Shown here piece after piece: positions 40,111-53,464 of a DNA stretch of 64,000 nucleotides; the first letter of the stretch is position 1, and every line of letters begins with the position of its first letter. The stretch comes from Octopus bimaculoides. Taxonomy: Eukaryota. The translations under genes and the position numbers were made by a program. The notes under the pieces were generated by a model. The model was not told where the DNA came from, ran no database searches, and saw only the letters and a program-made list of their open reading frames with translations. The DNA lies in NCBI RefSeq assembly GCF_001194135.2, contig NC_068987.1, positions 1,471,477 through 1,535,476 of the forward strand, given 5' to 3'.

Positions 40111-41841
40111 GCAAGAGTTGAATGTCCGTTTCTTTATTGAACGCTTGTATGCGTTGCCATACAACCTTTCAAGCTGGTACGATATTGTTCTCGAAGTCGA
40201 ACCTGAGAATCCGTCGTTATATGGCTTTCACTTTTACCGCTCGATTTCCTCGCATTCATGCTATCTGCTTTTAATGCAACATATTTTGTCATTATACTGG
40301 CGTCTTTGTCTACAAGGTTTTTGCTCGAAGAATTTGCAATTATTATTATTATTATCATTATTATTATTGCTAGTAGTAGTAGCAGCAGTAGTAGTAGTAG
40401 TGGCAGCAGCTGCAGTAATTATTGTCATTATCATCATCGTTAAGACGTTTGTTATTTTTTTTATTCCACCCTCCAAAACACGTTTTACTTCAAGCTTTAT
40501 CAAATGAACATTTTTCGTCGAAATACTCGCAAAAAGATCTATGACAGCCTGAGGAGCGTCTGTCGCCGATGCCCAAGGGTAGACATTTTACTTGACACTT
40601 ACATTTTCAAATCCAAAATGTCTACAACACATAATTTTCCCATACGACAAAATAGTACAATAGCTGAAAGAAAACAGATTGAGAAGATAATTATAAGAAT
40701 GAAAGGAGGAAGAAAATGAAGAGAACAGTGAAGAATTGATAAAATAAAAGATCTAATATCTCAAATAGTGAAATTAGTTATGTGGAGGAAGGTGTCAGCA
40801 ACGACATCAACAACAATACTAACAATTCCTTCACGAGCCCGTTCCAATGGCATCTGTGACAAAACAAATATTCCTTCAATGCTAAACGAAGAGAGTCTTG
40901 GTGCATCTGGTTGTAACAAAAGAAATGTAGGTGAGAGAGAATTTTGTAAAACCGAACAGCATTCATCTCGTTCATTTACAGTGCCAAGCTATAGGACAAC
41001 AACGTCTTGAAGTCTTAAGGAATAACCAACATTTTAAAAAGGAGAAAAAAGTACAGGAAAGCAACGATACCAGGCAAGTGAAGAGGAATAATTTCTTGTA
41101 ATCCACAATAAAATACCTTTTCAGCAAAATAAAGAAGAAAATGTAAGATGATGAAGATGACCTAAGAGCCAGCGTTCTTCGGAAGAGCAACGTACCGTTG
41201 ACAAAAAGTTCAGTTGTGGTACCATAGATTCGCTGAAGTTATTTGAATGACACAAAATCACTTAAGCTCAGAATATAAACAACACGCCTCGATAGATTTC
41301 TATGAAAGTTAGAATTTTACAATTGAGGTTTATAAAAAGAACGCTTGAGATGTTTGCAATAGCAAATACCTCACAAAATGCTTAGTGGACCAACTGGTCG
41401 CACTCGAACGTAATTTGAAGAGCGGTTAATTGAAGGGGGTTGTGCTGTAAACAACTCAAACTAGGTAGAAAATCTTTCATGTTTAAATTACTTAAATTAT
41501 AATTATTGCATATTTCATGGTAAATCTTATATTTATTTCAAAGCAGTGATGTGTGTATGCAAAAGTCAACGAATATGTATCTATATATAGGGTCATGTCC
41601 GCAAATATATATACATACGTTGGTAGGTGTATACGCATGTGTGTCGATAAATTTATATATATGTGTATGTGTGCGCGCTCCTTTCAAATACTTTATACGT
41701 CTTTTCCGTATATTGCGTAACCTCATTTACACGTCTTTTCTCAATTGTAAAGGTGTGTTTTATTCCGCACTCCCACTATACATTTTAACCCCCATTAAAA
41801 GTTCCTTGCTTCGAGTCCTTGCGGCGAATAAAGAAAAAAAC

Positions 41842-41881
<40 letters not shown>

Positions 41882-42258
41882 GTATTTTCTTAAGCAGTTA
41901 ATTGTAAAAATGATAGATCGATTATAGGATACGGTTTTTAATACGGCGAGAAAGCTGGCTTGTTTTCCTGTAGATGGAAAACTGAGGAGTTAGCTGGTCA
42001 TTCCTGAATAATTTTCTATTGAAATCTCTAGAATAGCGTTGTCAAAGTCTAGTGACAAGCTAATAATGTTGTAAAAACGGACAATGCTTCCAATGTCTTG
42101 GACAGTTGCCATTGGGAAGAAATTTCCCATTGGATTACAATAGCATGAGGATTAATTGACGTTAGTATAGACAGAAGTTAGGGAGGTGGAAATTGTGGAA
42201 GAAAAACCTTCGAAACAAAGAATGAGAAATAAAAATAGTAAAACTAACATATAAAAAA

Positions 42259-42296
<38 letters not shown>

Positions 42297-42620
42297 NNNN
42301 NNNNNNNNNNNNNNNNNNNNNNNNNNNNNNNNNNNNNNNNNNNNNNNNNNNNNNNNNNNNNNNNNNNNNNNNNNNNNNNNNNNNNNNNNNNNNNNNNNNN
42401 NNNNNNNNNNNNNNNNNNNNNNNNNNNNNNNNNNNNNNNNNNNNNNNNNNNNNNNNNNNNNNNNNNNNNNNNNNNNNNNNNNNNNNNNNNNNNNNNNNNN
42501 NNNNNNNNNNNNNNNNNNNNNNNNNNNNNNNNNNNNNNNNNNNNNNNNNNNNNNNNNNNNNNNNNNNNNNNNNNNNNNNNNNNNNNNNNNNNNNNNNNNN
42601 NNNNNNNNNNNNNNNNNNNN

Positions 42621-42686
<66 letters not shown>

Positions 42687-43255
42687 GATAAATATATGCA
42701 TACACTAGTTACTGTATTTCTAGATTGCTTGTATATACTTAACCTTGGAATGTTCGGCAATATATTATATGTGCAACGAATATCCTCCATTTTGAACACT
42801 GTAATCCCCCCCGACACACACACACACGCATACACACGTATGTATATGTGTATATACATACATCTATATATATATATATATATATACATACACACACACA
42901 CAAATAGAATATATATTTAACAGAATCCTTGTATATAAATCGTTTTCTCTAACATTTCTATTGTTTTTCGTCGGTCTTGTCACTATCCTTGTCATCAATG
43001 TTTTAATTCTCTTCTTCTTCTTCTTCTTCTTCACCCTACTTTCTCCGTGTTCCGCTCCGAAGGTTTGTTTAACGAACACCCACAAGGCTAAGTCATATAT
43101 ATCGAGGTCAATGATTAGTCATCAGCCACGAGACACCGAAAAATACGTCTCTTCATCATCTCCACATTCACGCATTTTCACCTGTCTCAATCTCCATAAC
43201 TCCATACCTCTACATTCTCTACCAACACGCCTCAGCTCCTCGAATATGTATACAG

Positions 43256-43303
<48 letters not shown>

Positions 43304-45194
43304 GTGTATGTATCGTATATTATATATATATTTGTATAGATACGTGTGTATGTATGTATGTATGTATATAAACATATATATATATATATATATATGAATG
43401 AATATATGTGTGTCAGCGCAATGATAAACATGACATATAACGCCAACATAAACTCATTCCAATGAACAACTACATATTTGCATCTCCATTAGAATTGATC
43501 GATGTGGAATTATGATGTCAAATCGTTATTTATATTGGTGCTGCCAAAATGGAGAAAATACAGAAAAGACAAGGAAGAAGAAACATGGGAAGAAAATTGT
43601 GAACAGCTGAATGTATGCGTTAGTTGGGCTTAATAAAATAGTCAGCTGAACATGGTCGGAATAATGTTAGAAATATGTTATTTATCGACAATAAATTTAT
43701 CTGAATTCTGCTATGAATCAAAATGTTCACCATGTAGATTTTATTTCTTTCTGCAAATTTTCTTTTCGACGAGAAGTAAAGAGTAAATGATAAAATTCTA
43801 GTATAAAATGTTATCTGCATAGTTTTCAAGAATACGTTATGTTGTTTAGCAAAGTCTCTGCTAAAATCCATTTATTTAAATCACGGCTTTTTCTTTTATA
43901 TCTTAGGGCCGGGGTGCGTAGAGCTTTTATCGTTATTGTTTGGTTCATCCAAAATTCTTGGAGAAAGTGAGATAGATACCTTGCTTCCTTCGTTGCATGG
44001 TTTCGATCTGAATTCTTGAAACACAGTTAGTGCAAATAAAAACAACCAATAGACTACCGGTTCATGACGTTAAAATAGGCGATGGAGCGCCTACCTTTGA
44101 AGGGTATAAAACAAGCTTGAATTCATTTTATGTTAAGCTTTGACGAATAGAAGCTATTGTAGAAGACTCTCTCTCCCAAGATTATGTGCATGCAAACAAA
44201 ACACGGTCTCGGCAATTGAAAATAAACTTAAGCACAAATCCTTTCTGCAGAGATATGGCATTGTCGGCAAGATGGTTTACAATGCAATTGTAAGAAGAAA
44301 AATTGCTCTGAAGACTATACCAGAGGCACCACGACACTACTAAATTTATAGAAAGGTGGAACATTTTCATAAAAGCAGCAACCCAGTATAAGAACAAAAT
44401 GCAAGCTAAGAAAGGTGGGTTGGGGTTAAGAAACAGGACTTGTGCACCATTTTAAGGACCAGCTGCACAGTGGGCGTGAATGTCTCATCAAAAATTGGGG
44501 AAATGTTCATCTATGGAGAAATGATAAGAAGCCTGCAGATCTCATAGCAAGGGTTTCGATTTTCATGTTTTCCTGTTATTGTAGGTGCATTGGACTACAC
44601 AACAACATTTGCATGAAACTGTAACCATGCTTTGGTTCTCTAAAATGAAACCGAGCAGACTAATTCGTATTCTTCAGCTATAAGCGATTCGCGAAACAGA
44701 AAATTTATAAAATATTGTAAGGCTTCTCGATTTGAGTGTTCTAGCGCGGACTTATGGAATACGTTTGAATTTATGCAGATAAATAGTGATGAAACGCGAA
44801 CTTGTATTCCGTTGAGACACGCACCCTCAAACATGCAACTTTACCTGCACGTACACACGTACAAAAGTATACGTGCATACATCAATCAATCCAGATGGAC
44901 TCAAACCCCTTGAGCTGTCCTCACCTTTGTTAGAGTCAGCATTTTGAATTCTGCAAAGAAGGAAAGCTTAAAATATATTCCAAAGTAAACGGAGGACTAA
45001 CTAGGGAAATTCTAATGAACTAGATTTTTTTCTAGGCGAGAGACTGATTGTTTTGCATTTGGGGACAAATTCGCAAGCATAAATCGAGAAAATATATACA
45101 CATACATGCATTCGTTGATGCCTGTATGCTTTCATGAACATATGCATAGAACCATGCACGCACATAAAAGTACATTCAAGCATCCAGAATACAT

Positions 45195-45620
45195 GACCGA
45201 AGCATGTCTGTGTGGTAAGAAGCTTGCTTCCAAACCACATGGTTCCGGATTCAGTCCCAGTGCGTGGCACCTTGGGCAAGTATCTTCAGCTATAGCATCG
45301 GGTCGACCAAAGTCTTGTTAGTGGATTTGGTAGACGGAAACTGAAAGAAGCCCATCGTATATATATACATGTGAATGTGTGTGTGTGTGTGGGGGGGGTA
45401 TGTCTTCGAGACTGTGTTTGTGTACACTCCCATCACTATCTGACAACTGGTGTTGTGTCTACATCACCGTAAATTAACGGTCCGGCAAAAGAGACCGATA
45501 GAATAAGTTCTGGTCTTAAAATATAAGTCCTGGGGTAGATGGTTTCTACCCCAGTAAATCCTTCAAGGTGGTACTCCAGCATGGCCACTGTCAAATGACA
45601 AACAACTAATGGAATAAAAA
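45195..45620 (+). mobile_element. CORE-type tRNA SINE (OR-like), near full length
   Basis: GTGTGGTAAGAAGCTTGC...GGATTCAGTCCC, CORE CACCTTGGGCAAGTATCTTC, tail CCAGCATGGCCACTGTCAAATGAC. Confidence 0.9.
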
Positions 45621-45640
45621 AATACATAATTACATGTATA

Positions 45641-45842
45641 AGGTGGCGAGCTGGCACAATCCTTAGCCCGTCGGACAAAATGATTAGCAGTGTTTACTCC
45701 GGCTCTTTACATTCGAGTTTGAAGTAGCTTTTTATTTTTTCGGTGTTGATAAAAGATATCCCATTTGAGCACGGGTGGGGGGTCAATGTTTTCGGCTTAA
45801 CCTCCTCCACTGGAATTGCTGGCCTGGTGCCAAATCTCAAAA
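45641..45842 (+). mobile_element. SINE (OK/Meta-like), degenerate
   Basis: AGGTGGCGAGCTGGCACAATCCTTAG...TTTCGGTGTTGATAAAA...CCAAATCTCAAAAC. Confidence 0.75.
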
Positions 45843-46379
45843 CTATATTCATACAATTGTATGGTTACCAAACTGATGGAATCTGAATCCCAATGAAAAG
45901 ACCTTGTTTCTAGGTTAGTAACCGATCAATTTTACATAGATGATAGATTCAGAAAAAAAAAAAAAAACGGAAGCGCAGACATAGAATCAATTTCTTGCTT
46001 TTATTTTTTCACGCAAAAAACAGTTGCAACATTCTAAACGTAATTGTTATGACCTCTGTATCCCTAATCGTGAAACGACTGTGAAAATGTATGACCCCTT
46101 GCTCCGTCTTGTAGGCGCAACAACCAAAATAATTCAAATACTTTCTATTACTTATGATAAATTGACTAATTAAGTTATACACGTCTTGAATCGAAGTATA
46201 TTCGTCCATTCTAATATGTCGTTAAATTCTTAGTAAATTTGAATTCGGTTAGATTTTAGAAAAGTAAACTAGAAAAATTGACCTGATGTACATACATATG
46301 GGTGCATATGTGTGCGCACGCGCGCGTGTACGTGTGGGTGTATACATGTGTATATGTATAAGCATGTATATATCATTGC

Positions 46380-46465
46380 AAACACACACAAAAACCTGTA
46401 AATATGTATGCGCATGTGTATGTGCCTGCGTGTGTATGTATACATAATGTATACATCGTGAGTTG

Positions 46466-46496
<31 letters not shown>

Positions 46497-47180
46497 GTAT
46501 GNNNNNNNNNNNNNNNNNNNNNNNNNNNNNNNNNNNNNNNNNNNNNNNNNNNNNNNNNNNNNNNNNNNNNNNNNNNNNNNNNNNNNNNNNNNNNNNNNNN
46601 NNNNNNNNNNNNNNNNNNNNNNNNNNNNNNNNNNNNNNNNNNNNNNNNNNNNNNNNNNNNNNNNNNNNNNNNNNNNNNNNNNNNNNNNNNNNNNNNNNNN
46701 NNNNNNNNNNNNNNNNNNNNNNNNNNNNNNNNNNNNNNNNNNNNNNNNNNNNNNNNNNNNNNNNNNNNNNNNNNNNNNNNNNNTATACATATATATATAT
46801 ATATATATATATCTACATATGTATACATATATATACATATATATGTATAGATACATATATATATATAAATACATATATATATACATATATACATATGTAT
46901 ACATATATATACATATATATGTATAGATACATATATATATATAAATACATATATATATACATATATATATATGTATATATATATATAGACATATATATAC
47001 ATATATATATATGTATATATATATGTATACATACATATATATATATACATATGAATACATACATATATCTATATACATATGTATACATACATATATATAT
47101 ATATATATGTATTTGTATATATATATATATGTATACATGTATACATGTATATATGTATATATGTAAATACACATACACAT
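46380..47180. repeat. Compound (TA)n/(TACA)n microsatellite block with gap
   Basis: Direct inspection; source of spurious IYIY ORFs. Confidence 0.95.
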
Positions 47181-48863
47181 AAATGTATGGAGTTAACGCC
47201 ATAATGAACAATGGTGTTTAGAAAAGTCTATTTACTGCGAATTGAATGAAGTCACGTATCATCTTGATTAATTCTGGGTTTCCATGTAAACACTTGATAT
47301 TTTAGACAAACGGTCCAAGGAATATCTTCTCTAAATTCCAGTGTGTTGATGCCTAACAAACATTGTTATTATACTTCATTGCCAGACAATGTTGTTTGAA
47401 GTATTCCAACGAAAATAGCTGACGGCCATGCTTTAGTGTGGTGAAGTCAGTGTTTACAGATGTCGTACATACCGAATATGATATTTGTGTTGGTCAAACC
47501 AACGAGAAATTGTAGCCGCTGACTTGATAAAGTGATGTGATATCGAGCAAGGTTTTCTAACATCAGTCTTCTCACTTACTTGCAGAGAAAGCAATCATGG
47601 AAAGAGAAACTGAGTCTGATATACTTACGGAGTTTTCTACACTGTTTAACCCTCAAACAATTCCACAAAACATTGAGTGAATGCTAAGATTGAAACATGT
47701 TACTTGACGATGAAAGAATTTCACAAATATAAATTCGAGATTTAAAAAAGAGTGGTGGGTCTCGGCCTTTCTAGAGGGACGTCTAATGTTTTAAATAGAG
47801 TTTGGTATCACGAGGAAAGCAAAAAGGCTAACGTTTCGAGAGTGAAATGACTTATTGGGAAGTGGAGAATAATTTCCGCTTGATAAAAATTAACTATATT
47901 CACTACTTTCGAATATATAAACCTCTGCCGCAACGCACTGTGTTTTTGTATTCTCAATAAACGGCTCATGAGGTTCTAGCCTTCACATTTCCATTTACAG
48001 CTGCCTGAGAGAATACATATCATCTTCAGTCCACAATCGGATAGATAGTTTATACTTAGATGTAGTGCATGTAAACAAATGGTCAGGCGAATTATTCATT
48101 TAGATTTGCATAACAGCATGTGTGCTGGTGGAGTTGATATGTTTTTAAATTCATGGTTTTAGATAATGTGGAAATAGAAGCTATATAAATTTATTCAGAA
48201 ACATACAATTCTAACTTTCTATAACAGAGTATGATAGTAGTCGGCTCAATCTCCTATTTTTCTGTCTACAGGTGTATCACACCTGTCGTACATTAAACGA
48301 TCCACTCCGATATACCACACATTGTTATGAAAATTGCAATTAGTAGTTTCACTAAACACTTTGGAGTAACTACACACTGATATCGTGTATAGCTGTAAGG
48401 TAATGTGCATGTGCGGTTAATCTTTCATTGATAATGGTTTTAAAACATTTAATGTGATACGATTGATAGTGCAGTGTTGAGAATTTTGCCATCAGAATGA
48501 CAGTGTGACATTAAGAGATGTTCTTAAACTTGTATTAATATTAAAATAAACGCCTATCGTGCATTACAAATTATCATTTAAAATGTTGGTTTGACGTGTG
48601 GACGTCTCGTGTATGGTTCTGCAAATTATATTTTGCTATGACGGTCACACTGATGAATTGCGGACATTTGTGTATGTAAATATGTAAAGGGTAACAATGA
48701 ACCCTAGTATGCGGCTAATCATTATATTTTGTATCTTTTCATTTGCTTTGCTCGCTTACGTTCTTGAGAACATTCTTCTCTTAGTGGTCAGACCGTATGG
48801 GGTCTACATCTAGCATATTTGATGTCTACTTAGTATTCATCCCCCTTATACACACACACATAT

Positions 48864-48926
<63 letters not shown>

Positions 48927-49237
48927 NNNNNNNNNNNNNNNNNNNNNNNNNNNNNNNNNNNNNNNNNNNNNNNNNNNNNNNNNNNNNNNNNNNNNNNNNN
49001 NNNNNNNNNNNNNNNNNNNNNNNNNNNNNNNNNNNNNNNNNNNNNNNNNNNNNNNNNNNNNNNNNNNNNNNNNNNNNNNNNNNNNNNNNNNNNNNNNNNN
49101 NNNNNNNNNNNNNNNNNNNNNNNNNNNNNNNNNNNNNNNNNNNNNNNNNNNNNNNNNNNNNNNNNNNNNNNNNNNNNNNNNNNNNNNNNNNNNNNNNNNN
49201 NNNNNNNNNNNNNNNNNNNNNNNNNNNNNNNNNNNNN

Positions 49238-49274
<37 letters not shown>

Positions 49275-49771
49275 CTTTTACTTGTTTCGTATTAGGTTTT
49301 AATCTTAAGGTGATCTTACGCAAGTTTTTCCTACATATATACATTTGTAACTCCTTTCTTTGAAAAAAACCCAAAAAAACGTGTAACATGGAACTAAAAG
49401 TATACCAAATTTCCAGTCTTTTATTTCGATAAGCAATTACTCTGCAAATAGAATTTAGCGGATTTTTTTCAAATGCTACGTATAATTCATTTAAAATAAA
49501 GCACCAAAATGCATACATTTGATTACTGAAAAATGCAGACGTGTTTCACATCTTGGATTATAACTCCTTCTATACATTTGATAGATCGACAGAAAGATAG
49601 ATGGAGAGGTATATTAGATAGATAGATAGATAGATAGACAGATTGACGGACAAACATACAGACAAGCATATGGATAGAGCGACAGACAGAGAGGCAGATA
49701 GAAAGATTGACAAATACATAGGTAGCTAGCTAGCTAGATAAATAGATAGATAGTGACAGTGAGAGAGCCAG

Positions 49772-49823
<52 letters not shown>

Positions 49824-50372
49824 CAGACTTATGTACGTCCACGTTACGTAGATATGTTACAGAAATGGGCGCACTGATAATTACATAAGGATTGAATTAA
49901 AGTTCGTTACGTAGTGATTTAAATGCAACGAGCCTCCGATATTGGAATTTAATTGGTAAATTCTATAGAATCTCGTAGACAAGCTCCCCCACCCCAGTTC
50001 CTGAAGGATCTGTGAAAATCTAGTTTAAACTCTCAATGACGTCGAAGCACCAACCCATCCATGCATCGCCTACAAGCGAATATGTCACTGTTTGTAGATA
50101 TGTTAGTCTATACAAGAATACTTATACATACATGTAGTCGTATACACGTATGAAAAGACACAAATGAATGTATAGAAATATTTCTGTGCGGGTGGTGGTT
50201 GTATGTATACATTTATATATATGTATGTATGTATGTATAATGGGTGTATATAAGAACTATTCGTTGGTGAAAATGTCTCAATTCAGATATGTCTATGTAT
50301 CTCTCTCCCACCCTTTGTATATAGATGTATATGTGTGTGTGTGCGCGTGCATGTGTGTGCCTTTGTATGGAG

Positions 50373-50412
<40 letters not shown>

Positions 50413-50528
50413 ATTGTAAAATACAGAAGAAAAAATATATATGTATATATACATATTTATATATGTGTATATATACATATTTATGTATACAAATATACAT
50501 ATACATATATATAGATATGCATATATAG

Positions 50529-50607
<79 letters not shown>

Positions 50608-50879
50608 NNNNNNNNNNNNNNNNNNNNNNNNNNNNNNNNNNNNNNNNNNNNNNNNNNNNNNNNNNNNNNNNNNNNNNNNNNNNNNNNNNNNNNNNNNNNN
50701 NNNNNNNNNNNNNNNNNNNNNNNNNNNNNNNNNNNNNNNNNNNNNNNNNNNNNNNNNNNNNNNNNNNNNNNNNNNNNNNNNNNNNNNNNNNNNNNNNNNN
50801 NNNNNNNNNNNNNNNNNNNNNNNNNNNNNNNNNNNNNNNNNNNNNNNNNNNNNNNNNNNNNNNNNNNNNATATATATAT

Positions 50880-50922
<43 letters not shown>

Positions 50923-51884
50923 GGAGAGAGAGAGAGAGAGAAAGAAGTGTATGTATATGATATACATGAAATATGTCTATATACATACTGCAATACGTAC
51001 ATAAACAGCACATACACCCACATATAATCATAAAAAAAATATATATTTATATATGCGCATTGGGTAAATGAATATATCACACATATATATATGTATATAT
51101 ATATATATATATATACATACGCACATGAGTTTATTTATTCGTGCTTTTATGTTCGTTTCCTTGTATGTATGTATGTATGTATGTAGGCATGTATGTATGT
51201 ATGTATGCACGCACGTACATCTGTATGTGCCTGTGTGTATGTTTGTATGTATGAATATATGCATGTATGTATATACGTTCGCTGGCCGGTGTGTTTGTTG
51301 TTGTGCTTGCCAATAAAGCGACCGATCTCTCAAAGAGATTAACGGAGAAACAATAGGCGAAAATGAAGAGGCCATTTTCAGTGTTTAACGGAGCAAATAT
51401 AAACCAAAATGTTTAAATAATATCTCAATTCAGAGAAAAAAAACTGTTCTACCAAAAATACGAAATATAAAATACTAAATAAAAAAAAATATAAGGAAAT
51501 CAAAATATAATTTTAAAGAAAACTTGATGAGAAAGATATGAAGAAAATATCCGAAAATTAGAAACAAAAGAAATAAAATTGAGTGCGAATTTTTTTTTTG
51601 TTGTCTTTTTTTTATCATTAGAGAGATGAAAGTTTATAAAAGAGAAAGAGATTTTTTTTTTGAAGAAATATCAACAAATATTGGAATTTGAAGAATGGAT
51701 AATTACGTAGAATGGGTCATAAAGTGGAATTGAGAAATGTTTCCCCTAATTCCTCTATTGCTCTGGTGTTTTTCAATTCAACAAATTTCGTGTTTAAATT
51801 TCTTCTTAGTTTCTTGAAATTGTCTCTTATTTTTTTCTTTTTCATTATTTTCCATCTAATTCCCATTTTCAATTTAATCTCTAC

Positions 51885-51923
<39 letters not shown>

Positions 51924-52623
51924 GCGATTTGAAATACATCAATAGTATTAGCAGACTTTACGGAAATTTAGACGAAGAATGCGTTGAATGGAATAAAATG
52001 ACATTCACAAAACGATATTACAACCTCTTCATCTTCTTTCGTCAAATTCTTCTGATTTTTGCGGTTTTTTAATACTTTGTCAATTTTTTCTTTGCTTTCT
52101 TCTCTCATCTTGTCTCATCATTTTTGTCCTCTTTAATTCAACCTGGTTCCTTCTTCTTCTTCTTCTTCTTCTTCTTCTTCTTCTTCTTCTTCTTCTTCTT
52201 CTTCTTCTTCTTCTTCTTCTTTACTATTTAAGCTTTATCATCATGATCATCATAGTCATCCTCATCATCGCCGACTTCTTAGCCACCACCACCATCACCA
52301 ACAACAGCAAGACCAGCATCATCTCCAGAACTTGCGTTACCACCACTATATCATCATCAGCTGCAGCAGCTGCAGTAGTAGTAGTAGTAGTAGTAGTAGA
52401 AGTAGTAGTAGTAGTAAGCAGTTTTTATGCTAGTTTCATTAGCAGTTGTGTTGTGTGTTTTATTGACAAAATGTCCCGTGAAATTTCAGGAATCTTTTTT
52501 TAGGATTCTTGCAGAACATACGATGGTTCTTTTCTGCAGGTCGACAATGCGAGTCTCAATTCCAATCATTCTTAGTGTTTTGGCGAGCATTTTGGTGATG
52601 TGCCAATGCACCAATTACCATAG

Positions 52624-52672
<49 letters not shown>

Positions 52673-52677
52673 TTCAT

Positions 52678-53001
52678 TAATTGATAGGGGAGACAGAGTG
52701 TACTGTAGATTTTATTTAGTACGACGATCGTTTCGGCTTTCATCTGCACTGCTACCTAATGAGAGAAGAACGATATATGGAAGCGAATACAATTCACAGT
52801 GCAGAAGAAACCTCATCAGGTTACATCATAATACGCTAAATGTAGCGTATTATGTCACGTGATGAGGCTTCTTCTGTACTGTTAGGTGCATTCGATTCCA
52901 TTGTATCGTTCCCCACTCACTAGGTAGGAATGCAAATGTAAGTCGAAACGATCGTCGTGCTGAGTAAAGTTTACAGTACACTCTATCTTCCCTATCAATT
53001 A
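52678..53001. mobile_element. 324-bp imperfect palindrome of two divergent hammerhead-bearing units (PLE pLTR-like)
   Basis: Termini TAATTGATAGG/CCTATCAATTA; central hairpin CATAATACGCTA-aatg-TAGCGTATTATG; each arm has [C/G]UGAUGA..GAAACGAUCGUC. Confidence 0.85.
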
Positions 53002-53092
53002 TTTAGAATATACTAAACGTGTCCTTATTACACCCTGAAGTAGGAATCGTTCTCGACAAATTCTCGGATTTCGAGATCTGTATCCGAATTAA

Positions 53093-53245
53093 TATAATCA
53101 GTTCTACATTATTTATATTTGATGGATATTTGTCCTCATCTTGTTTGTTGTTAACACAACGCTTCGGCTGATATACCCTCTAGCCTTCATCAGGTATCTT
53201 AGGAAAATTTCGAACCTGGGTTCTCATTCCTAAGGTATTTTTCGA

Positions 53246-53313
<68 letters not shown>

Positions 53314-53404
53314 TCACTGCTTGGAATCGAACTCGGCATATGGCGTAGTGGTTAAGAGCGCGAGCTACTAACCCCAAGATTCAGAGTTCCATTCCAGGCA
53401 GTGA

Positions 53405-53464
<60 letters not shown>

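Noticed and set aside
40768-41010. 80-aa open frames on both strands
   Set aside because: No recognisable motif and no paired splice sites.
44140-44400. LINE RT-like snippets on both strands (LQRYGIVGK; HLADN..QKGF)
   Set aside because: Conflicting strands and no further collinear motifs.
53335-53406. Possible genuine tRNA gene (loop CU-ACU-AA)
   Set aside because: The anticodon stem has only 3 bp, there is no acceptor stem or T-run terminator, and it is always fused to the same downstream body; it is a SINE head.
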